Below, piece by piece: positions 38,228 to 47,420 of a stretch of DNA of 64,000 nucleotides. Location: assembly GCA_013214545.1 (NCBI GenBank), contig JABSQB010000003.1, positions 37,236 to 101,235 on the forward strand. The letters run 5' to 3'. The notes below the pieces were generated by a model, which saw only the letters and a list, made by a program, of their open reading frames with translations, did not search any database and was not told the DNA's origin. Each line of letters starts with the position of its first letter. The first letter of the stretch is position 1. The DNA is from Henriciella sp. Lineage in GTDB: Bacteria > Pseudomonadota > Alphaproteobacteria > Caulobacterales > Hyphomonadaceae. A program made the position numbers and the translations under genes.

Positions 38228-38914
38228 ATGATGGGAAAAATGATTTCAAGGGGCCTCGCTCTAGCCATGGTTGCCGGCGCATTCACAGCGCCAGCAGCAC
38301 TCGCTGAAGGGGAATTTTCAGGCAATGTCGCGCTAACCAGCGACTATGTTTTCCGCGGCATTACGCAAGCTGATGGCGCACCAACTGTACAGGGTGGTTT
38401 CGACTGGGCGTCTGACGACTTTTACGCGGGCGTTTGGGCCTCGGGCGTCGATTTCGGCGACGGCACGAGCACTGAGATTGACTACTACGCGGGCTGGACC
38501 CCGTCCGTAGGCGAATTCGGCCTCGATATCGGCTTCATCTACTACTCTTACCCGGATGCACCGGACCAGCCAGAGCAGAACTTTGTAGAAGTCTACGCTG
38601 GTGCCAGCACGACCGTTGGTGTTGTTGATCTTGGCGCGTCTGTTGCGTTCTCGCCAGAATTCTACGGTGAGACAGGCCAGGCCTTCTACTATGCCGCTTC
38701 AGCTGGTCTCCCACTCGGCGAGAACTTCGGCGTTGACGTATCTGTCGGTTACTCTGACGGCGACGAAGATGACGGCTTCACAGACTACACTGATTACTCA
38801 ATCGGCGTGACGACCTCTATTACTGACGTTGTCGATCTCGACTTCCGTTTCATCGACACTGACCTGGATGGTGGTGACGAAGCGTTCGTCGTGACTGTGA
38901 GCCGCTCACTGTAA
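38228..38914 (+). CDS. TorF family putative porin (Gcw_chp/TIGR02001-like)
   Basis: Signal peptide MMGKMISRGLALAMVAGAFTAPAALA followed by GNVALTSDYVFRGITQ...GGFDW...FYAGVWAS. The ORF extends to 38165. Confidence 0.65.
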   Translation: MMGKMISRGLALAMVAGAFTAPAALAEGEFSGNVALTSDYVFRGITQADGAPTVQGGFDWASDDFYAGVWASGVDFGDGTSTEIDYYAGWTPSVGEFGLDIGFIYYSYPDAPDQPEQNFVEVYAGASTTVGVVDLGASVAFSPEFYGETGQAFYYAASAGLPLGENFGVDVSVGYSDGDEDDGFTDYTDYSIGVTTSITDVVDLDFRFIDTDLDGGDEAFVVTVSRSL

Positions 38915-38961
38915 GCTCAATTTAACCCGCCATTGCCCTCCTGTCAGGGCGGGTTTCCCTG

Positions 38962-39008
38962 GCCGCTGCTTTCGTTGGTTGTGACGAAAGTGGCGGCTTT
39001 TTCTATTT
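38962..39008 (+). terminator. Rho-independent terminator between the convergent porin and VOC genes
   Basis: GCCGCTGCTTTCGT / ACGAAAGTGGCGGC stem with 2 internal mismatches, followed by TTTTTCTATTT. Confidence 0.6.
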
Positions 39009-39026
39009 GGCGACGGCGTACCCGGC

Positions 39027-39560
39027 TCAGATAGCGTCCGCCGAAGGCCAGGGCTGGATCTTGGCTGGCGGCGGACTTGGATTGAACTCGGTTTCGGCGA
39101 GCGCCGCCAAGGCCCGCTCTCGATCTTCTGCGGTAAAGCTGCCCGTGGTGACACAAAACTCCACCATGTTTCCGTTCGGGTCGGTGGTGTAGACCGAGTG
39201 ACACCAATTGTGGTCGATCTCGAGCGCATCGAGACCCGCTGCGGTCCAGCGATCTTTCCACACCATCAACTCATCGACCGAATGCGCGGTGAACGAGATA
39301 TGGTTGGTGCCTGGCGGCAAATGCGCCGCCTTGTTCAGATCAAACTCGTACTTGTCCTGATTGGGCGTGTCGTGCAGCTCCCAAAAGGCAATGAACTTGG
39401 TGTCATCGCCGCCCATGCGATAGAAAAAGTGCTTGCCCCAGCCGCCGCCCATGACAGGCGCGATCTCGACCTTGACCAGTTCGAACTGCATCACGTTTTC
39501 ATAGAAGTCGTGCATCGCGGACATGTCTTTCGCCGCCAGGGCGAGGTGATGATAAGTCAT
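39027..39560 (-). CDS. VOC (glyoxalase/bleomycin resistance/dioxygenase) family protein
   Basis: 177 aa. The HLALAAKD N-terminal beta-alpha-beta-beta-beta module and HISF motif are typical of the VOC fold. Confidence 0.8.
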   Translation of the reverse strand: MTYHHLALAAKDMSAMHDFYENVMQFELVKVEIAPVMGGGWGKHFFYRMGGDDTKFIAFWELHDTPNQDKYEFDLNKAAHLPPGTNHISFTAHSVDELMVWKDRWTAAGLDALEIDHNWCHSVYTTDPNGNMVEFCVTTGSFTAEDRERALAALAETEFNPSPPPAKIQPWPSADAI

Positions 39561-40217
39561 TTAATTGTCCTCCGTATCGACCATGGACATGACGTCCTGG
39601 CTGCCGCTGTCCGGAGCGGCGATTTCGACGACGCGTTCATCCACATCATCATATTCCAGCCTGAGTGCCCGGCTCATCACCGCGTGCATCATATAGGTGC
39701 AGGTAATATAGGTAAGCTCGAGAATCTCTTCGTCTGAGAGCTCTGCTTTCAAAGCCGCGAACACGCCATCCGATACCCGACCACGCTCCAGAACCAGCGC
39801 GTCGGTATAGGCCAGAACGGCGCGCTCGATCGCGTTGTAGCAATCAGCGGTCTGCCAGTGCGGGATCGCGTCGATCTGCGCCTCGCTCAGGCCCACATCA
39901 CGGCTCGCTTTACAATGCTGCGAAAAGACGAATTGCGACCCGACCGTATAGCCCGCCCGGGTCTGGCCAAGCTCGCGCAGTTTTGGATCGATTTTTCGAT
40001 TGGGCGCGCGATAGAACTGAAAGCCGGTTGTGGTGTGATCGAACGCGTCCGGAACGATATTGAACACTGTCCACCAATTGCCTGGCGTTCCCGTAGCTGT
40101 GCCGGGCTCTGCGATCGGATCGCGATCCTGGAACAGCATTTTGAAAATGGTGTCCGCCAATTCGCTGCCCTGGCCGGGGCCAGCTTGCTTCAGTCTAGGC
40201 ATGGGCATTCTCCGCAA
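39561..40217 (-). CDS. Carboxymuconolactone decarboxylase (AhpD-like) family protein
   Basis: 218-aa helical CMD domain (FSQHCKASRDVGLSEAQIDAI). It abuts the VOC start. The true start may be an internal Met at 40208 or 40202. Confidence 0.78.
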   Translation of the reverse strand: MRRMPMPRLKQAGPGQGSELADTIFKMLFQDRDPIAEPGTATGTPGNWWTVFNIVPDAFDHTTTGFQFYRAPNRKIDPKLRELGQTRAGYTVGSQFVFSQHCKASRDVGLSEAQIDAIPHWQTADCYNAIERAVLAYTDALVLERGRVSDGVFAALKAELSDEEILELTYITCTYMMHAVMSRALRLEYDDVDERVVEIAAPDSGSQDVMSMVDTEDN

Positions 40218-40833
40218 TTAGGAGCCCGGAAAACATGACATCAAGATACATGGTCTTGAACGCATCCACATTTTCAGGCGTTTTAGGATCTTCTCCAAAG
40301 ACAGAACTGACCAGAGGTGCGACATTGAACTGGGTCACCGCCGCGCCAGTCAAAAGCATCAGGATCTGCGTCGGTTTGTAGGGTTTGATCAGTTGGTCCC
40401 GGACGCAGGTGTCGACGAGTTCGAGGAATTCATAATAGACGTCCGACAAGACGTGTCTGAGGAGCCAGTCCAGCCGTTCCCCACCAGTCTGGCCTTCCGA
40501 CAGAATGATCTGCCCCAGTACGGGCCGGGTGGCGGCATTCTCGATCAGGAGTGCGCAGCTTGCCCGCAACTTGTCGAGCGGCGACAGAAATTCAGCCAGC
40601 GTCGACTGCGCTCGGCGATCTTGCGCGATCATCTCCGCCAGCAGCAGCATCGCCGCTTCCCACAGCATGCGCTTCGACTTGAAGTGATAGTGTACGCTCG
40701 GCTGTGACACGCCTGCGCGCTCGGCAATCAGGCTGACGCCAGCACCGTCATAGCCATATTGCGCAAAGGCTTCGAGGGCGGCGCGGCAAATCCGGTTGCG
40801 TCCGGATATTGTGGATGAGCTCAGTTTGGCCAA
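40195..40833 (-). CDS. TetR/AcrR family transcriptional regulator
   Basis: N-terminal helix-turn-helix (ICRAALEAFAQYGYDGAGVSLIAERAGVSQPSVHYHFKSK). TTG start. Confidence 0.85.
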   Translation of the reverse strand: MAKLSSSTISGRNRICRAALEAFAQYGYDGAGVSLIAERAGVSQPSVHYHFKSKRMLWEAAMLLLAEMIAQDRRAQSTLAEFLSPLDKLRASCALLIENAATRPVLGQIILSEGQTGGERLDWLLRHVLSDVYYEFLELVDTCVRDQLIKPYKPTQILMLLTGAAVTQFNVAPLVSSVFGEDPKTPENVDAFKTMYLDVMFSGLLIAENAHA

Positions 40834-40866
40834 AGAAGAGACGATCTAATTTCCATATCTGTTTAT

Positions 40867-40882
40867 CTGATAATTTTATCAG
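40867..40882. promoter_or_regulatory. Palindromic candidate TetR operator
   Basis: CTGATAA-TT-TTATCAG: perfect 7-bp arms, 34-49 bp upstream of the tetR start. Confidence 0.5.
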
Positions 40883-40935
40883 TCGATTGTCAAGATCGCC
40901 CCGCGGACGCCTCGCGACTTCAGATGCCCTGCGGC

Positions 40936-40971
40936 TTAAAGAGAAAGCGGCCCGGTTGACCCGGACCGCTT
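40936..40971 (-). terminator. Probable terminator downstream of gcrA
   Basis: On the minus strand, AAGCGGTCCGG-GTCAA-CCGGGCCGCTT (1 mismatch) followed by TCTCTTTAA, a weak U-tract. Confidence 0.45.
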
Positions 40972-41001
40972 CAATCTTAGCGAGCAGAATGTGCGGCGAG
41001 C

Positions 41002-41529
41002 TTAGCCCGCAATCTTCCGCACATAATCATATTCTGCCTTCTTCTTCTCGCGCTTCTTGGCGGGCTGGAAGGCGATTTTCGCGTGCTCGGCACAGTATGG
41101 ACCGCAAGTTGCCTTGCGACCGCAGAACGCAAATTTCGGATCCGCCGGATCGCCGATTGGCCATTTGCACATGCTGTCGCGCAGAGTCAGGATCGTTGCA
41201 GCTTCGCCATCGGCCAGCGGCTGCGGTGGCAGCGCGGCGAGCATTGCGACTTTCTCATTCGGCTTGAGATCAGGCTCGGCCACCACACGCTGCGGCTTTG
41301 GCGTGATGACGCTGCCATCTGGTTGAATCCGCGGCTTTGGACGGGCCAGGCGCGGCGGGCGCTTGACGGGACGAGACGGTGTCGCGCGGCCTGACAGACC
41401 CAGGCGATGTACTTTACCAATGACAGCATTCCGGGTGACCCCACCCAGCTCCTTGGCAATCTGGCTGGCCGAATGACCCTCCGCCCATAGTTTTTTGAGA
41501 ACTTCTACCCGATCTTCCGTCCAAGCCAT
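41002..41529 (-). CDS. gcrA: Cell cycle regulator GcrA
   Basis: MAWTEDRVEVLKKLWAEGHSASQIAKELGGVTRNAVIGKVHRLGL is the GcrA N-terminal DNA-binding domain. The conserved C-terminus carries the CxWPIGDP motif. Confidence 0.92.
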   Translation of the reverse strand: MAWTEDRVEVLKKLWAEGHSASQIAKELGGVTRNAVIGKVHRLGLSGRATPSRPVKRPPRLARPKPRIQPDGSVITPKPQRVVAEPDLKPNEKVAMLAALPPQPLADGEAATILTLRDSMCKWPIGDPADPKFAFCGRKATCGPYCAEHAKIAFQPAKKREKKKAEYDYVRKIAG

Positions 41530-41647
41530 GCGTTTTACCCCGCTTTGTGGCAGCCCCTAGATATTGATTTGAGCGATGCCTCCAGCCCCGCTCCAACGCT
41601 ATATATCGTATCAGGGGCAAAATGAAACACAAGATGCTGCGAGGCTC

Positions 41648-41715
41648 TGTCCACAGGCAATCAATATATAGTAGCAGCTGTGGATAGTTTTTAACCTATC
41701 GCCAAACGCCGAGTC
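41648..41715. promoter_or_regulatory. gcrA upstream motif cluster (DnaA-box-like, TTAACC element, GANTC)
   Basis: TGTCCACA (41648-41655). TGTGGATAG (41679-41687), which reads CTATCCACA on the gcrA strand and matches TTATCCACA at 8 of 9 positions. TTAACCTAT (41691-41699). GAGTC (41711-41715). Confidence 0.4.
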
Positions 41716-41734
41716 AGCTCTTAAGTGATCGGTT

Positions 41735-42568
41735 ATGGCTGATACATCCCGTTCTCTGATCTCGTCTCCTAAACCGCGCACTTATGGTGCCGTCAACTGG
41801 CTCGGCCTTTGGACGCTTTATAAGCGCGAAGTGGGCCGTTTTATGAAAGTCTGGATGCAGACTTTGCTGGCTCCGGTGGTCTCGACTTTGCTGTTCATGA
41901 CGGTGTTCAAACTCGCCTTCGGCAATCGCGGCGAGCTGACCGGGGACTTTGCCGGTCTCGACTATAACAGCTTCCTGGCACCCGGCCTGATCGTCATGGC
42001 GATGTTGCAGAACGCGTTTCAGAACTCGTCCAGCTCACTGACCATCGCCAAGGTCCAGGGCAGTCAGGTGGACTTCCTGATGCCGCCACTGTCACCACTG
42101 GAACTGACTGTGGGCTTCATCTTTGGCGCCGCCACGCGCGGGATCATGGTCGGGGTGATTGCCGCGATCGGTATCCACTTTAGCGGCCTCGCGGATCTCT
42201 CTGTGGTGCACATCTGGCCGGTCATCTGGTTCAGCCTGATGGCAACGATCTTCCTCGCCGCGATCGGCGCCATGGGCGGGATCTGGGCCGACAAGTTCGA
42301 CCATCTGGCCGCGGTTTCGAATTTTGTCATCGTGCCGCTGACCTTCCTGTCAGGCACCTTTTACGACATCAATGTCCTGGTTGAGCCATTCAAATCGCTC
42401 GCTTATTTCGATCCGATCTTCTTCCTGATCGACGGTTTCCGCTATGGCTTCCTGGATGCCGCCAACTCGAACGTCCTGACCGGTGCAATCGTCAGCGCCG
42501 CCGTAGCATTTGCCGCGTCAGCGGGCGTTTGGTGGATGCTGAAGAGCGGGTACAAGCTGAAAGCCTAA
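41735..42568 (+). CDS. ABC-2 type transporter permease (YadH/NodJ-like)
   Basis: 277 aa with 6 TM helices and the ABC-2 N-terminal pattern (LWTLYKREVGRFMKVWMQTLLAP). Confidence 0.8.
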   Translation: MADTSRSLISSPKPRTYGAVNWLGLWTLYKREVGRFMKVWMQTLLAPVVSTLLFMTVFKLAFGNRGELTGDFAGLDYNSFLAPGLIVMAMLQNAFQNSSSSLTIAKVQGSQVDFLMPPLSPLELTVGFIFGAATRGIMVGVIAAIGIHFSGLADLSVVHIWPVIWFSLMATIFLAAIGAMGGIWADKFDHLAAVSNFVIVPLTFLSGTFYDINVLVEPFKSLAYFDPIFFLIDGFRYGFLDAANSNVLTGAIVSAAVAFAASAGVWWMLKSGYKLKA

Positions 42569-42612
42569 CCCGCCAAAAACACCCCTCGTCCGGAACTGCA
42601 GAGACCTATTCC

Positions 42613-44415
42613 ATGTCGATGCCCATTCTAAATCTGACCGATGTCCGGCTCGCCTTTGGCGGCAAGTCGCTGTTCGAAGGTGTGTCATTCACCTTGGCCA
42701 AGGGCGAGCGGGCAGCACTGGTCGGCCGAAACGGGGCGGGCAAGTCGACGCTGATGCGCCTGATCACGGGCCGCCACGAACCGGATGATGGTGAGCTCTG
42801 GATCCATCCAGGCACAGTCATCACCACGGTCGAACAGGAGCCTGATCTCTCGACTTTTGACACGGTGCTAGATTATGCCGTCTCTAGCGGCGCTGAGCCT
42901 TGGCGCGCTGAAGCGGAACTCGGGCACTTCGGCGTCGAACCGGCTGCGGCTCCAAGCATTCTTTCCGGCGGTCAGATCCGCCGCGCGGCCCTTGCCAAGG
43001 CGTTTGCGCTGGACCCGGATGTGCTTCTGCTGGACGAGCCGACCAACCATCTCGACGTACCGATGATCGAGACGCTGGAGACGCGTCTGATCGGCTTTAA
43101 TGGCGCTGTGTTGCTGGTCAGTCACGACCGGCGCTTCATGGAAAACGTGACCACCAATACGTTGTGGCTGCGCGATGGCGTCGTGCTGAAAAGCCCGAAA
43201 GGCTATGCCGACTTCGACCGCTGGGCTGGGGAGATTGAAGAAGCTGAAATCCGCCAGCTGGAGAAGATCAAGACCCAACTCAAAGCCGAAGAACACTGGC
43301 TGCAGCGCGGCGTCACCGGGCGGCGCGCCCGCAATATGGGTCGTCTGCACAAGCTGAAAGCCATGCGCGCCGAAGCCGCTCGCCGCAAAGCCGCCATCGC
43401 GGATCAGAAGGCCCGCGCCGGGATCAGCGCCGAAGAAGCTGGTCACCAGTCCCGCAAGGTGATCGAAACGTTCGGCCTCGGCAAAGCCTATGGCGATCTG
43501 AAAATTGTCAAGGGTCTGGACTTCAAGATCCTGCGCGGCGACCGGATTGGGTTGATCGGTCCGAACGGTGTCGGCAAGACCACGCTGCTCAAGCTCATGC
43601 TCGGCGAGATTGAGCGCGACAGTGGCAATGTGAAGGTCAATCCGGCGCTGAGGATCACCTATCTCGACCAGACGCGAGAGACCCTGCGCCCGAAGGATAC
43701 GCTGTGGGAAGCGCTTGCGCCGCAAGGCGGGGATTCGATCATGGTGCAGGGGCGTCAGCGCCACGTCGCGGCCTATGCCAAGGACTTCCTGTTCGTGCCG
43801 GATCAGTTGCGCCAGCCCGTGGCGGCTTTGTCAGGCGGTGAACGCAATCGTCTGACGCTCGCCATCGCGCTCGCCCAGTCTACGGATGTGCTGGTTCTCG
43901 ACGAACCGACCAATGATCTCGACATGCAGACGCTCGATCTGCTCGAAGACATGCTGCTGAATTTCGAAGGCACGCTGATCCTGGTCAGCCACGACCGCGC
44001 CTTTCTGGATGCGACGGTCACCTCGTGCCTGGTGCCGCTCGGCGATGGTAAATGGGTCGAGACTGCCGGCGGCTGGACCGACGCGCAGTCCCAGATCAAG
44101 GGCAAACCGGGACGCGCCAAACAGACCGAGGCAAAAGCGAAGAAGCCGAAAGCCAAGTCATCCGAGCCGAAAAAGCAGACCAAGCTCAGCTTCAAGGATC
44201 AGCATCGCCTGCAAGAGGTGGAAAAGCTCATGCCGGAGCTGGAAACTGAAATCGGCGAACTTGAGAGCAAGCTCGCCGATCCAAATCTGTTCAATGACGA
44301 TCCAGATGAATTCCACCGGACCAATGCCCGCCTGGAGACCGCTCGCACAGAGCTGGAAAAGGCTGAAATGGACTGGATGGAGATTGAGGAGAAGAAGGAA
44401 GCCCTTGCGGGCTAG
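42613..44415 (+). CDS. uup: ABC-F family ATPase, Uup-like
   Basis: Two ABC cassettes (GRNGAGKST, LSGGQ; GPNGVGKTT, LSGGE) and no TM domain. It has a Lys-rich linker and a C-terminal coiled coil as in Uup. Start at ATG 42613. Confidence 0.85.
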   Translation: MSMPILNLTDVRLAFGGKSLFEGVSFTLAKGERAALVGRNGAGKSTLMRLITGRHEPDDGELWIHPGTVITTVEQEPDLSTFDTVLDYAVSSGAEPWRAEAELGHFGVEPAAAPSILSGGQIRRAALAKAFALDPDVLLLDEPTNHLDVPMIETLETRLIGFNGAVLLVSHDRRFMENVTTNTLWLRDGVVLKSPKGYADFDRWAGEIEEAEIRQLEKIKTQLKAEEHWLQRGVTGRRARNMGRLHKLKAMRAEAARRKAAIADQKARAGISAEEAGHQSRKVIETFGLGKAYGDLKIVKGLDFKILRGDRIGLIGPNGVGKTTLLKLMLGEIERDSGNVKVNPALRITYLDQTRETLRPKDTLWEALAPQGGDSIMVQGRQRHVAAYAKDFLFVPDQLRQPVAALSGGERNRLTLAIALAQSTDVLVLDEPTNDLDMQTLDLLEDMLLNFEGTLILVSHDRAFLDATVTSCLVPLGDGKWVETAGGWTDAQSQIKGKPGRAKQTEAKAKKPKAKSSEPKKQTKLSFKDQHRLQEVEKLMPELETEIGELESKLADPNLFNDDPDEFHRTNARLETARTELEKAEMDWMEIEEKKEALAG

Positions 44416-44421
44416 TCTTTC

Positions 44422-46329
44422 CTAAGCCTCAAACCATCCGCGTTCGCGCATCCAGTTGAGGATCTGATCGGCTGCCTCGTCGGCGGTCATCTCAACTGTG
44501 TTGATGCGGATCTCTGCATTCTCAGGTGCTTCATATGGGCTGTCGAGGCCGGTGAAGTTCTTGATCTCACCCGCCCGGGCCCGCTTGTAGAGTCCTTTCA
44601 CGTCTCGTTCTTCAGCGACGGCCAGCGGCGTGTCGACAAAGACTTCAACGAACTCGCCTTCGGCCATCATATTGCGCGCCATTTGCCGCTCAGAGCGGAA
44701 CGGCGAAATGAAGCTGACCAGGGTGATCAGTCCGGCGTCGCTCATCAGCTTGGCGACGTTCGATACGCGGCGAATGTTCTCCACCCGGTCAACATCGGTA
44801 AAGCCGAGATCGCGGTTAAGGCCGTGGCGGACGTTGTCGCCATCGAGCACGAAAGTGTGCTTACCCATGGCGAACAGTTTCTGCTGCAGCGCATTGGCGA
44901 TGGTCGACTTGCCTGATCCAGACAGACCAGTGAACCAGAGCACGGCAGGTTTCTGCTCTTTCTGCTGAGCAAGCGCCACCCGGTCAACGTCGAGCGCCTG
45001 CCAATGAATGTTGCCCGCGCGGCGCAGAGCAAAATCAATCAGACCAAGACCGACCGTATTATTGGTCATCCGGTCGATCAGGATGAAACCACCGGTTTCG
45101 CGGTTCACATCATATGGATCAAACGCAATCGGCTGATCGAGGCCCAGCGTAATCACACCGAAATCATTGAGACCCAACGTTTTGGCTGGCTTGTCTTGGA
45201 TCGTGTTCACGTCAATGCCGAACTTCAGATCAAGCACGGTGGCGGTGACGGTCTTGGCGCCAATCTTGAGCAGATATCGCCGGCCCGGAAGCATGTCCTT
45301 ATCGGCCATCCAGAGCACGCGGGCCTGGAACTGGTCGGCAACCTCCGCAGGGTCTGAGGCAACGCAAATGACGTCACCGCGCGAGGTATCGACTTCGTCA
45401 GCAAAGGTCAGCGTCACCGATTGTCCAGCGACGGCTTCATCCAGATCGCCGCCATGGACGACGATGCGCTCAATCGTCGTTTCTTTGGCGCTTGGCAGGG
45501 TTTTCACCCGGTCGCCCGGCTTGATCGAGCCTGAGGCGATCTGGCCAGAGAAGCCACGGAAATCCAGGTTTGGACGGTTCACCCATTGCACCGGCATCCG
45601 GAACGGCGCTGACAGACGCGCATCGTCGACCGGCACAGTTTCGAGATATTCCATCAGGCTTGGCCCATCATACCAAGGTGTCTGCTCAGAGGCGCCGGTA
45701 ATGTTCGCGCCCTCCAGGGCGGACATTGGAATGGCCTGGATTTCGATCCCGGCAGACAGCTCTTCAGCAAATTCGAGGAAGTCGCGTTCGATCTTCTCGA
45801 ACACAGCCTGATCGTAATCCACTAGGTCCATCTTATTGATCGCGAGCACCAGTTTGCGGATGCCGAGCGAAGACGCGATAAAGCTGTGGCGACGGGTCTG
45901 GGTTAGCACGCCTTTGCGCGCATCAATCAGCAGGATGGCGAGGTCAGCGGTCGAGGCGCCTGTGGCCATATTGCGCGTATATTGCTCATGGCCTGGCGTA
46001 TCGGCGACAATGAATTTACGTTTGTCGGTAGAGAAGAAGCGGTAAGCGACATCAATGGTAATGCCCTGCTCGCGCTCGGCGGCAAGACCGTCGACGAGCA
46101 GTGCGAAGTCGATATTCTCGCCTTGTGTACCTTGTTTTTTTGAGTCCCGCTCGAGAGCGTCGAGTTGGTCTTCGAAGATCATCTTGGAGTCGTAGAGCAA
46201 ACGCCCGATCAGGGTCGATTTGCCATCATCCACGCTGCCGCACGTGATGAAGCGCAGCAAAGATTTGTTCTCATGCGCCTCAAGATAGGCGGTGATGTCT
46301 TCGGCAATGAGGGAGTCGATATGAGACAT
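44422..46329 (-). CDS. cysNC: Bifunctional sulfate adenylyltransferase subunit 1 / adenylylsulfate kinase CysNC
   Basis: GTPase motifs ([18 protein letters not shown]) plus a C-terminal APS kinase P-loop (GLSGSGKST). Confidence 0.95.
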   Translation of the reverse strand: MSHIDSLIAEDITAYLEAHENKSLLRFITCGSVDDGKSTLIGRLLYDSKMIFEDQLDALERDSKKQGTQGENIDFALLVDGLAAEREQGITIDVAYRFFSTDKRKFIVADTPGHEQYTRNMATGASTADLAILLIDARKGVLTQTRRHSFIASSLGIRKLVLAINKMDLVDYDQAVFEKIERDFLEFAEELSAGIEIQAIPMSALEGANITGASEQTPWYDGPSLMEYLETVPVDDARLSAPFRMPVQWVNRPNLDFRGFSGQIASGSIKPGDRVKTLPSAKETTIERIVVHGGDLDEAVAGQSVTLTFADEVDTSRGDVICVASDPAEVADQFQARVLWMADKDMLPGRRYLLKIGAKTVTATVLDLKFGIDVNTIQDKPAKTLGLNDFGVITLGLDQPIAFDPYDVNRETGGFILIDRMTNNTVGLGLIDFALRRAGNIHWQALDVDRVALAQQKEQKPAVLWFTGLSGSGKSTIANALQQKLFAMGKHTFVLDGDNVRHGLNRDLGFTDVDRVENIRRVSNVAKLMSDAGLITLVSFISPFRSERQMARNMMAEGEFVEVFVDTPLAVAEERDVKGLYKRARAGEIKNFTGLDSPYEAPENAEIRINTVEMTADEAADQILNWMRERGWFEA

Positions 46330-47271
46330 TTAGAAATATCCCTCTTGTTTTTTCTTTTCCATGGAGGCGGCCTGGTCACGGTCAATTGTCCGGCCCTGGC
46401 GCTCTGAGGATGTGGTCAGCAACATTTCCTGAATGATATCTTCCAGCGTGTCGGCGGTGCTTTCGACGGCGCCTGTCAGCGGATAGCAACCGAGCGTGCG
46501 GAAGCGGACAAACTTCTCGACCGCTGTTTTCGCCAGTTCCGGCGGCACACGATCATCATCGAGCATGATCTGGCTGCCTTCCCATTCCACAACAGGACGC
46601 TTTGCGGCGTAATAGAGCGGAACGATCTCGATCTGCTCGCGGCGGATATATTGCCAGATATCGAGCTCGGTCCAATTCGAGATCGGGAAGCAACGAATGC
46701 TTTCGCCCTTATGAATGCGGGCATTGTAGAGGTTCCACAGCTCCGGACGCTGGTTCTTAGGGTCCCAGCGATGTTCGGCGGTGCGGAACGAGAACACACG
46801 TTCCTTGGCGCGGGATTTTTCTTCATCCCTGCGAGCGCCGCCAAAGGCAACATCAAACTTGTATTTGTCGAGCGCCTGTTTCAGCGCCTGCGTTTTCATC
46901 ACGTCCGTATGAACCGCGGAGCCATGCGTGAACGGACCAACCCCAGCCTCGACGCCTTCCTGGTTGGTATGGACAATCAGATCCATCCCGATCTCAGCTG
47001 CCTTGCGGTCGCGAAATTCGATCATTTCCCGGAATTTCCAGGTCGTATCGACATGCATCAGCGGGAAGGGAGGAACACTCGGATAGAATGCCTTCATCGC
47101 CAGGTGCAGCATCACAGCACTGTCCTTGCCGACGGAATACAACATGACCGGGTTTTCGGCCTCCGCCGCGACTTCGCGCATAATGTGAATAGACTCGGCC
47201 TCAAGCCGGTCGAGATGGGTCTGGGAGGTCAATGGATGTGCCCCATGCTGGTTTAATTTTGTGTGGCCCAC
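46330..47271 (-). CDS. cysD: Sulfate adenylyltransferase subunit 2 CysD
   Basis: [15 protein letters not shown]...[13 protein letters not shown] (PAPS-reductase-like fold). It directly abuts cysNC. Confidence 0.95.
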   Translation of the reverse strand: MGHTKLNQHGAHPLTSQTHLDRLEAESIHIMREVAAEAENPVMLYSVGKDSAVMLHLAMKAFYPSVPPFPLMHVDTTWKFREMIEFRDRKAAEIGMDLIVHTNQEGVEAGVGPFTHGSAVHTDVMKTQALKQALDKYKFDVAFGGARRDEEKSRAKERVFSFRTAEHRWDPKNQRPELWNLYNARIHKGESIRCFPISNWTELDIWQYIRREQIEIVPLYYAAKRPVVEWEGSQIMLDDDRVPPELAKTAVEKFVRFRTLGCYPLTGAVESTADTLEDIIQEMLLTTSSERQGRTIDRDQAASMEKKKQEGYF

Positions 47272-47292
47272 ATAGAAAAAGGACCCGCTGAG

Positions 47293-47306
47293 AACAAGTA
47301 CTTGTT
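47293..47306. promoter_or_regulatory. Perfect 14-bp palindrome upstream of cysD
   Basis: AACAAGTACTTGTT is its own reverse complement. It lies 22-35 bp upstream of the cysD start codon. Confidence 0.4.
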
Positions 47307-47420
47307 GACGTTAGATTCCCTGAAGCAAAATGGATGCCGCAACGTCGCGGCTGGCCATGTGCGCAGGAAAGTGATCCAAAGGCCAAAAATCAGACACCGG
47401 AGAGCCATGTGACCGATACA

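Noticed and set aside
47292-47307. The cysD palindrome as a LexA box (GAAC...GTT).
   Set aside because: It fits neither the alphaproteobacterial direct repeat GAAC-N7-GAAC nor the CGAAC-N4-GTTCG Cheo box spacing.
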